Source: Mycolicibacterium smegmatis (GTDB lineage Bacteria; Actinomycetota; Actinomycetes; Mycobacteriales; Mycobacteriaceae). Taken from it: a stretch of 32,000 bases of DNA. Of this stretch, positions 7,672-14,642 are shown in pieces (position 1 is the first letter of the stretch; every line of letters starts with the position of its first letter). The notes under the pieces are model-generated. The model was not told where the DNA came from. It worked only from the letters and a program-made list of their open reading frames with translations, and searched no databases. The DNA is taken from positions 1,710,001-1,742,000 of the forward strand of contig NZ_LN831039.1 in the NCBI RefSeq assembly GCF_001457595.1. The letters are read 5' to 3'. A program made the translations under genes and the position numbers.

Positions 7672-9083
7672 GATATCGGCAGCAGGTTTCGGGAGTCACC
7701 TACACCTTCGACGGTCTCGTCGAGGTGATGGCGAAGGCGACGCCATTGCGGTCCGGTGACCAGCTCGCCGGATGCGCGGCCGAACACGACGGCGAACGCG
7801 CCGCGGCCGCATGGGTACTCGCCGACCTGCCGCTGGATGTTTTCCTCAACGAGGAACTGGTGCCGTACGACACCGACGAAGTGACCCGGCTGATCATGGA
7901 CACCCATGACCGCCAAGCATTTTCGTCGGTGTCGCACCTCACCGTCGGTGGATTCCGCGACTGGCTGCTCGACGTCGCGGCCGAGGACGACAGCGCCGCG
8001 CGGCTGGCCGCCGTCGCACCGGGGCTCACCCCGGAGATGGTGGCGGCGGTCAGCAAGATCATGCGCAACCAGGATCTGATCGCAGTGTCGGCGGCCGCGC
8101 GGGTGACCGCGGCGCTGCGCACCACGGTCGGCATCCCGGGCACCATGGCCACCCGGCTGCAGCCCAACCACCCGACCGACGACCCGCGGGGCATTGCCGC
8201 GGCCGTCCTCGACGGGTTGCTGCTGGGCTGCGGCGACGCCGTCATCGGGATCAACCCGGCCACCGATTCGCCGCAGGCCACCGCGGATCTGCTGTATCTG
8301 CTCGACGGCATCCGCACCCGCTACGACATCCCCGCACAGTCGTGCGTGCTGTCGCACATCACCACCACGATCGGTTTGATCGAGGCCGGCGCCCCCGTCG
8401 ACCTGGTCTTCCAGTCGATCGCGGGCACCGAGGGCGCCAACACGGCGTTCGGCGTCAACCTGCAACTGCTGCGCGAGGGCAACGAGGCCGCGCGCTCACT
8501 GAACCGTGGCACCGTCGGCAACAACGTCATGTACCTGGAGACCGGGCAGGGCTCGGCGCTGAGCTCCGGGGCGCATCTGGGTGTGGGCGGCAAGCCCGTC
8601 GACCAGCAGACCCTCGAAGCCCGCGCCTACGCCGTGGCCCGCGACCTGTCGCCGCTTCTGGTCAACACCGTCGTCGGCTTCATCGGGCCCGAGTACCTCT
8701 ACGACGGCAAGCAGATCATCCGTGCCGGGCTGGAGGACCACTTCTGCGGCAAGCTGCTGGGCCTGCCGATGGGCGTCGACGTCTGCTACACCAACCACGC
8801 CGAGGCCGACCAGAACGACATGGACACCCTGCTGATGCTGCTGGCCGCAGCGGGGGTCGCGTTCGTCATCACCGTGCCCGGTGCCGATGACGTGATGCTC
8901 GGCTACCAGAGCCTGTCGTTCCACGACGTGCTCGTCGCGCGGCGCACCCTCGGCCTGCGTCCCGCACCCGAATTCGAGACGTGGCTGCGCAAGGTCGGCA
9001 TGGTCGACGACGCGGGCCGTCTCACCCCGTTCGACGTGTCGCGTTCCCCGCTGCGCGAGCTGACCGTCGCGGAGGCGTCGTGA
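7668..9083 (+). CDS. eutB: Ethanolamine ammonia-lyase large subunit
   Basis: In-frame part of ORF 7497..9083 starting at GTG 7668. VRYRQQVSGVTYTFDGLVEVMAKATPLRSGDQLAGCAAEHDGERAAAAWVLADL parallels E. coli EutB (..YQFKDVKEVLAKANELRSGDVLAGVAA..ERVAAKQVL). About 471 aa. Confidence 0.95.
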   Translation: MRYRQQVSGVTYTFDGLVEVMAKATPLRSGDQLAGCAAEHDGERAAAAWVLADLPLDVFLNEELVPYDTDEVTRLIMDTHDRQAFSSVSHLTVGGFRDWLLDVAAEDDSAARLAAVAPGLTPEMVAAVSKIMRNQDLIAVSAAARVTAALRTTVGIPGTMATRLQPNHPTDDPRGIAAAVLDGLLLGCGDAVIGINPATDSPQATADLLYLLDGIRTRYDIPAQSCVLSHITTTIGLIEAGAPVDLVFQSIAGTEGANTAFGVNLQLLREGNEAARSLNRGTVGNNVMYLETGQGSALSSGAHLGVGGKPVDQQTLEARAYAVARDLSPLLVNTVVGFIGPEYLYDGKQIIRAGLEDHFCGKLLGLPMGVDVCYTNHAEADQNDMDTLLMLLAAAGVAFVITVPGADDVMLGYQSLSFHDVLVARRTLGLRPAPEFETWLRKVGMVDDAGRLTPFDVSRSPLRELTVAEAS

Positions 9084-9856
9084 CCGTGTCGAACGATGTT
9101 GCGGTGCAGCAGTTCTGGGACGAGCTGCGCAAGACCACACAGGCCAGGATCGGCCTTGGCCGCGCGGGCAACTCGCTGCCCACCCAGCAGGTGCTCGAGC
9201 TCGCCGCGGCCCATGCCGCCGCGCGCGACGCCGTCCACGTGCCGCTCGACGTCGAGGCGCTGGCAGCGCAGGTGCGTGAGGTCGGCATCGGTGAGCCGAT
9301 CGTGGTGACCAGCCGCGCCACCTCACGCGACGAATATCTGCGCCGGCCGGATCTGGGCCGCCAACCCGCCGAGGGCACGGAGGTCCCCGAGTCGGGCGCC
9401 GACATCGGATTCGTCCTCGCCGACGGGTTGTCGCCCATGGGGCTCAACCACCATGGCGCGGCGCTGCTCAAGGCCTTGGTGGAACGGCTGAAGGACCGCC
9501 ACACACTGGCACCGCCGATCATCGCCACGCAGGCCCGCGTCGGCCTGGGCGATCACATCGGCGCGCAGGCCCGCGTCCGCACGCTTCTGGTGATCATCGG
9601 GGAGCGGCCCGGGCTCAGCGTCGCCGACAGTCTCGGCATCTATCTGACCCATCTGCCGCAGCCTGGCCGCACCGACGCCGACCGCAACTGCATCTCCAAC
9701 ATCCACCCACCCGACGGCCTGGGATACGCCGAGGCCGCCCGCGTCGCATCGACCCTGGTCGACGGCGCCGTCGCGCTCGGGCGCTCGGGCGTCGACCTCA
9801 AGGACACCTCCCGCGACGCCGCCCTCGGCCCGCTCAGCCCACACGAACTCGCTTAG
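9080..9856 (+). CDS. eutC: Ethanolamine ammonia-lyase small subunit
   Basis: GTG 9080 overlaps the eutB stop (GTGA). ARIGLGRAGNSLPTQQVLELAAAHAAARDAVHVPLD...LLVIIGERPGLSVADSLGIYLT is EutC-like. About 258 aa, so it lacks the N-terminal encapsulation or extension region of enterobacterial EutC. Confidence 0.9.
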   Translation: MTVSNDVAVQQFWDELRKTTQARIGLGRAGNSLPTQQVLELAAAHAAARDAVHVPLDVEALAAQVREVGIGEPIVVTSRATSRDEYLRRPDLGRQPAEGTEVPESGADIGFVLADGLSPMGLNHHGAALLKALVERLKDRHTLAPPIIATQARVGLGDHIGAQARVRTLLVIIGERPGLSVADSLGIYLTHLPQPGRTDADRNCISNIHPPDGLGYAEAARVASTLVDGAVALGRSGVDLKDTSRDAALGPLSPHELA

Positions 9857-9870
9857 CCTCAGCGTCGAGC

Positions 9871-9917
9871 GTTGGCTTGTGTGCCACATTTCCCGAAAAT
9901 CTCGCACACAAGCCAAC
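9871..9917. repeat. Palindromic intergenic repeat, copy A (14-bp arms GTTGGCTTGTGTGC / GCACACAAGCCAAC, 19-nt loop)
   Basis: Arms read directly. It sits in the 74-nt convergent gap between eutC (stop 9856) and the DUF559 gene (stop 9931), so it could act as a bidirectional terminator hairpin. The flanking GAGC plus the left arm (GAGCGTTGGCTTGTGTGC, 18 nt) and TCGCACACAAGCC are shared with copy B. Confidence 0.8.
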
Positions 9918-9930
9918 TTTCGCCAGTGCG

Positions 9931-10782
9931 TCAGTAGTAGGGAGCGCCCGCGGCATGCAACGCGTCGCGGGTGCGGGCGACGACCGTGCCCTGGCGGTAC
10001 CGCAGCAGGTCGGCGCCGACGTGCACCATGCGCCATCCGAGGCCCTCGTACTCGGCGTTCTGCTCGATGTCCCGCGTGCGTTGTGTCGGATCGGTCCAGT
10101 GCTGGATGCCGTCGTACTGCACACCCACCTTCCACTCGGGCCAGCCCATGTCGATACGGCCCACGCGATGACCGTGGTCGAACACCTCGATCTGGGTGTG
10201 CGACGGACGCATCCCGGCCGAGGTGAGAAGCAGGCGCAGTCTTGTCTCCTGCGGTGACTCGGCACCGTCGTCGGCGAGATCGAGGACCTGCCTCAGCTGC
10301 GCCAGCCCACGAACGCCGTGGTGGCGATCGACCAGCGGCCACACATCGGGAATCTTCAGGCGCGTCGCCTGGATCAGGGCGTCGACCCGGATCACGGCAG
10401 GGGTCAGCCCGCGTCGGCGGCCCAGATCGAATGCGGTCCGCTCCGGCGTGGTGGCGCGGATGCCCCTGAGTTGGCAGACCTCGTCATCGGCGAGGGTGTC
10501 GCTGTGGATCGTGATGCCGGACGGATGTGAGCGGCTCGGCTGGTTGAGTTCGGCGGGATGACCGGCGTCGATCCACCGTGAACCGTGCAGGGCCGACGCG
10601 GACAACCCCATCACCGTCGAGCGCCGGCCCGACCACAGCCACGCCGCCACGGCCTTGTCCACGGGTGTCAGCGTGGTGCCGCGCGGCACGTAGACATTGC
10701 GGAACACCGCGTCGTACCTGGTGCGTAGTTGGTAGCGGTTGACTCTGCCGGCAGCCAGCGCCTCGGTGCCCAGAAACGGCAT
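9931..10782 (-). CDS. DUF559 / Vsr-like restriction-endonuclease-fold protein with an AbiEi-like N-terminal domain (function unknown)
   Basis: 283-aa ORF. The C-terminal ESPQETRLRLLLTSAGMRPSHTQIEVFDHGHRVGRIDMGWPEWKVGVQYDGIQHW is the E-x-(L/R)..-D-x(n)-(E/Q)-x-D/H pattern of DUF559/Vsr-fold proteins common in actinobacteria. The N-terminal GRVNRYQLRTRYDAVFRNVYV resembles AbiEi_4-type domains. No obvious SD sequence precedes the ATG. Confidence 0.7.
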   Translation of the reverse strand: MPFLGTEALAAGRVNRYQLRTRYDAVFRNVYVPRGTTLTPVDKAVAAWLWSGRRSTVMGLSASALHGSRWIDAGHPAELNQPSRSHPSGITIHSDTLADDEVCQLRGIRATTPERTAFDLGRRRGLTPAVIRVDALIQATRLKIPDVWPLVDRHHGVRGLAQLRQVLDLADDGAESPQETRLRLLLTSAGMRPSHTQIEVFDHGHRVGRIDMGWPEWKVGVQYDGIQHWTDPTQRTRDIEQNAEYEGLGWRMVHVGADLLRYRQGTVVARTRDALHAAGAPYY

Positions 10783-10826
10783 ATGAATAGGACGCGGCGC
10801 GGTGCGTACCGGTTCCGTCTATGGCG

Positions 10827-10879
10827 AGCGTTGGCTTGTGTGCGAGATTTGTCGAAGAATTCGCACACAAGCCGACGCT
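10827..10879. repeat. Palindromic intergenic repeat, copy B (19-bp stem including one G-T pair, 15-nt loop)
   Basis: AGCGTTGGCTTGTGTGCGA / TCGCACACAAGCCGACGCT read directly. It lies between the DUF559 gene start (10782) and the rplM promoter region. Confidence 0.8.
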
Positions 10880-10897
10880 GGACGGTCGGAGGGCGTT

Positions 10898-10927
10898 TTG
10901 ACCTGCGCCGACACTGCCCGGTAAGCT
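10898..10927 (+). promoter_or_regulatory. Candidate SigA-type promoter for rplM-rpsI (TTGACC - 18 nt - TAAGCT)
   Basis: The -35-like TTGACC is at 10898-10903 and the TANNNT-type -10 TAAGCT is at 10922-10927. This would give a leader of about 120 nt before the rplM GTG at 11057. Pattern match only. Confidence 0.35.
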
Positions 10928-11056
10928 GCTCCGTTGGTGTGTGCTGCCCTCGCGGGGGCGAGCGGTTCCGGGTCAATGTCGGTCGCCGGGACTACAAGTG
11001 CGCACGCCTGACCGGCACCAAACCCGGGGAAACCCGAAACGAGAAGGGTAAGCACT

Positions 11057-11496
11057 GTGCCTACTTACACGCCGAAGGCGGGTGACACCACGCGTTCGTG
11101 GTACGTCATCGACGCCAGCGACGTGGTGCTCGGCCGGCTCGCCTCCGCAGCGGCAACGCTGCTGCGTGGCAAGCACAAGCCGACATTCACGCCCAACGTT
11201 GACGGTGGCGACTTCGTCATCGTGATCAACGCCGACAAGATCGCCGTCAGCGGCGACAAGCTCACCAAGAAGTTCGCTTACCGCCACTCGGGTTACCCGG
11301 GCGGCCTCCGCAAGCGCACCATCGGTGAGCTGCTGGAGAAGCACCCGGCCCGCGTCGTCGAGAACGCGATCATCGGCATGCTTCCGCACAACAAGCTCGG
11401 CCGTCAGATCCAGAAGAAGCTGAAGGTGTACGCGGGTCCCGATCATCCGCACGCCGCGCAGCAGCCGATTCCGTTCGAGATCAAGCAGGTGGCCCA

Positions 11497-11500
<4 letters not shown>
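11057..11500 (+). CDS. rplM: 50S ribosomal protein L13
   Basis: 147-aa [53 protein letters not shown]...YRHSGYPGG is unmistakably L13. GTG start with GAAGGG upstream. Confidence 0.97.
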
Positions 11501-11949
<449 letters not shown>

Positions 11950-11963
11950 TCTGTCGCCTTCAG

Positions 11964-12002
11964 CCGCCGAGCGTGGAATTTTTCCGCGCTCGGCGGTTTT
12001 TT
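11964..12002 (+). terminator. Intrinsic terminator of rplM-rpsI
   Basis: 12-bp GC-rich stem CCGCCGAGCGTG / CGCGCTCGGCGG (one G-T pair) with a 9-nt loop, followed by TTTTTT (11997-12002), 15 nt after the rpsI stop. Confidence 0.85.
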
Positions 12003-12296
12003 ATGCGTCTGTTGCGCGCACGCACAGTAATTCTTTGCGAATTCAGCCAGTCAGGCGTCTGTACTGATCAAACGGCTCCATTCCTTTTCCTGTTCTGCCC
12101 CAGGCAAATCGGTTCCGGTGAACTCCACGTGCCCGATTTCGTGATCGGGGTTTGACATCGCGGCGGAAGGTCAAAACCCTGGAGTCGAAGCGGGGGCGCT
12201 CGAACGTGCCCGGGCGGAATCGAAACCGCCGTCGGTACGAGTCAGTCAGCTCGTTGGGGGACCGAACCGCTTTCCTGACTGAAAAAGGAGTAGTTG

Positions 12297-12773
12297 ATGA
12301 AGAGCACTGTGAAGCGAATGACGGTCGGCGCGGCCCTGGGCGGGGCGCTGTTCCTGTCCGCGGGAATGGGCATCGCCAACGCTCAACCACGCGATGGTCA
12401 GGTCGACCTCGCACTGGGCACCGCAGGTGTCCTCGAAGACGTGCCCATCGGCGCGGCATCCCAGGTTGCCGCGGGTGTGTGCGACGGCGACATCGGCCAG
12501 ATCACGACGCTCGCCGAGACCGTCGATGCCAATGGCGCTCAGACCAACGTCTGCAACAACACCATCGGCGCAGTCGAGTTCCGCCAGAACGACGGCGCAC
12601 CGGCATCCGCGGAAGAGCCGCAGTCCAACCAGCAGGGCACCCAGGAATCGACCGAAGGGTCGGCCGAGGAGTCCACGGACGGCGCCTCCGCTGAGGGCAC
12701 CGGCCCGTCCGAGGACACCGGCAGCAGCACGGCGCCGACCACCACGACCACCGAAGAGGAGAGCGGCAGCTAG
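12297..12773 (+). CDS. Small secreted protein with an acidic Ser/Thr/Glu-rich tail (unknown function; faint chaplin/DUF320-like motifs)
   Basis: ATG at 12297 lies 6 nt after AAGGAG. The signal peptide MKSTVKRMTVGAALGGALFLSAGMGIANA|QP has an AXA cleavage site. The mature part has two Cys plus GVL... and NVCNNTIG motifs. The tail is EEPQSNQQGTQESTEGSAEESTDGASAEGTGPSEDTGSSTAPTTTTTEEESGS. Confidence 0.75.
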   Translation: MKSTVKRMTVGAALGGALFLSAGMGIANAQPRDGQVDLALGTAGVLEDVPIGAASQVAAGVCDGDIGQITTLAETVDANGAQTNVCNNTIGAVEFRQNDGAPASAEEPQSNQQGTQESTEGSAEESTDGASAEGTGPSEDTGSSTAPTTTTTEEESGS

Positions 12774-12795
12774 TCACCGCTGATCCGAACCAGGG

Positions 12796-12833
12796 GAGCG
12801 CCGCCCGCAGCCAGCGGGCGGTGCTCTCGTTTT
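12796..12833 (+). terminator. Probable intrinsic terminator after the secreted-protein gene
   Basis: Stem GAGCGCCGCCCG / CGGGCGGTGCTC (12 bp, one G-T pair) with a short loop, followed by TCGTTTT; begins 23 nt after the stop. Confidence 0.55.
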
Positions 12834-12924
12834 GCGGGTCTCGACCGGATACCGGTTCATCGCGACACAACCTGTGACCTCGATGGTTGTGTTTCGCGGG
12901 GGTAATTATGAGAAGTTTGTCAAC

Positions 12925-14286
12925 ATGGCTCGACTGTTCGGCACCGATGGCGTGCGCGGTGTCGCCAACCGCGACCTGACCGCTGAACTGGCACTGGCCC
13001 TCGGCTCGGCGGCGGCGCGGCGCCTCAGCACCATCACCACTGCCACCGCCACCGACTCGGCCGAACGTGCCCGCCGCGTGGCCGTCGTGGGACGCGATCC
13101 CCGCGCCAGCGGCGAGATGCTGGAGGCCGCCGTGATCGCTGGCCTGACCAGCGAAGGTGTCGACGCCCTTCGGGTCGGTGTGTTGCCCACCCCGGCGGTC
13201 GCCTACCTGACGAGCGCCTACGACGCCGACTTCGGCGTGATGATCTCGGCGTCGCACAACCCGATGCCCGACAACGGCATCAAGATCTTCGGCCCCGGCG
13301 GCCACAAACTCGACGACGCCACCGAGGACCGCATCGAGGAACTCGTCCACGCGGGTGCCGTGGCCCGGCCCACCGGTACGGGCATCGGCCGTGTGCTGGA
13401 CGCCGAGGACGCGCTGGACCGGTACCTGCGCCACGCCGGCAAGGCCGTCACGACGCGCCTCGACGGCCTGACCGTCGTCGTCGACTGCGCGCACGGTGCC
13501 GCGTGGGCTGCCGCGCCGCGGGCCTACCGTGCCGCCGGTGCCAACGTCATCGCGATCAACGCCGAACCGACCGGCCTGAACATCAACGACAACTGCGGAT
13601 CCACCCACATGGATGTGGTGCGGGCCGCGGTCGTCGAACACGGCGCCGATCTGGGGCTGGCCCATGACGGCGACGCCGACCGCTGCCTGGCCGTCGACGC
13701 GACCGGCCATGTGGTCGACGGCGACGCGATCATGGTGATCCTGGCCCTGGCCATGCAGGAGGCCGGTGAGCTGGCCGCCAATACGCTGGTCGCGACCGTG
13801 ATGAGCAATCTCGGCCTGCACCTCGCGATGCGCGCGGCCGGGATCGACGTCCGCACCACGAGCGTCGGCGACCGGTATGTGCTCGAGGAACTGCGGTCCG
13901 GTGAGTTCTCGCTGGGCGGTGAGCAGTCCGGCCACATCGTGATGCCGAGCTTCGGCACCACCGGCGACGGCATCGTCACGGGCCTGCGCCTGATGTCGCG
14001 CATGGCCCAGACCGGGTCGTCGCTCGCCGAACTCGCCGACGCCATGCATTCGCTGCCGCAGGTGCTGATCAACGTCGCGGTCGCCGACAAGACCACGGTT
14101 GCGCAGGCACCGTCGGTGCGGTCGGCCGTGGCCGCCGCCGAGGCCGAACTGGGTGACACCGGACGGATCCTGTTGCGCCCGTCCGGAACCGAGCAGGTGG
14201 TGCGGGTCATGGTCGAGGCCGCCGACGAGGACACCGCACGCCAGGTCGCGGCGCGGGTCGCCGAATCCGTGAGTCTGCAGGGATAG
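12925..14286 (+). CDS. glmM: Phosphoglucosamine mutase
   Basis: In-frame part of ORF 12832..14286. [15 protein letters not shown] is the canonical GlmM N-terminus. The active-site [17 protein letters not shown] and the GEQSGH motif are present. 453 aa. Confidence 0.95.
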   Translation: MARLFGTDGVRGVANRDLTAELALALGSAAARRLSTITTATATDSAERARRVAVVGRDPRASGEMLEAAVIAGLTSEGVDALRVGVLPTPAVAYLTSAYDADFGVMISASHNPMPDNGIKIFGPGGHKLDDATEDRIEELVHAGAVARPTGTGIGRVLDAEDALDRYLRHAGKAVTTRLDGLTVVVDCAHGAAWAAAPRAYRAAGANVIAINAEPTGLNINDNCGSTHMDVVRAAVVEHGADLGLAHDGDADRCLAVDATGHVVDGDAIMVILALAMQEAGELAANTLVATVMSNLGLHLAMRAAGIDVRTTSVGDRYVLEELRSGEFSLGGEQSGHIVMPSFGTTGDGIVTGLRLMSRMAQTGSSLAELADAMHSLPQVLINVAVADKTTVAQAPSVRSAVAAAEAELGDTGRILLRPSGTEQVVRVMVEAADEDTARQVAARVAESVSLQG

Positions 14287-14333
14287 TCGCCGAACAGGGA
14301 ACCGGACCGGCACCCGGTGCGTCTAAACGGTGC

Positions 14334-14642
14334 ATGGGAGAGTTCGATCGGGCCAGCGTGGATGCCGACGCGCTGCGTGCGGCAGCACACGGCTACGACA
14401 CCGTCGCCGAAACCATCGATACCGTCATCCGGACGACGCTGGGCCGACCGGTCTTCGACGGCGCGTCCGCCGGGCGCCGCCATGTCGCGCACGGCAACGC
14501 CGTCCGCGGCGCGCTCGACGACCTGACCGGCGCGATGCGGCAGTGGGCGACCGCCGCCGACGAGATCGCCCACCTCTTACGAACCTCGGCTGGCCGTTAC
14601 GCTGTCGCCGACGCTCACGCGGCGTCCCGGGTGGGTGGCTAG
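14334..14642 (+). CDS. EspC-family-like small helical protein (type VII secretion target-like); expected counterpart of Rv3440c
   Basis: 102-aa ORF. The layout ..VDADALRAAAHGYDTVAETID...FDGASAGRRH...LDDLTGAMRQWATAADEIAHLLRTSAGRYAVADAHAASRV resembles EspC/PF10824-type proteins. A YxxxD motif (Y89-A-V-A-D93, nt 14598-14612) lies near the C-terminus. Confidence 0.55.
   Translation: MGEFDRASVDADALRAAAHGYDTVAETIDTVIRTTLGRPVFDGASAGRRHVAHGNAVRGALDDLTGAMRQWATAADEIAHLLRTSAGRYAVADAHAASRVGG

Noticed and set aside
9871-10879. Interpretation of the two palindromic repeats as integron attC sites (a gene cassette), or as a CRISPR array when combined with copy C
   Set aside because: The arms do not fit the attC R''/R' core (RYYYAAC/GTTRRRY): GTTGGCT has a pyrimidine at the third R position. 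No integrase or attI is present. Three copies about 1 kb and about 14 kb apart, with no regular spacers, are not a CRISPR array.
12180-12290. c-di-AMP (ydaO/yuaA) riboswitch call for the secreted-protein leader
   Set aside because: Only scattered short strings (GTCAGCT, GGGGGACC, GAATCGAAACC) resemble the consensus, and they are in the wrong order and spacing relative to the B. subtilis ydaO sequence as I recall it. It is kept only as a generic structured-leader observation, not as a feature call.
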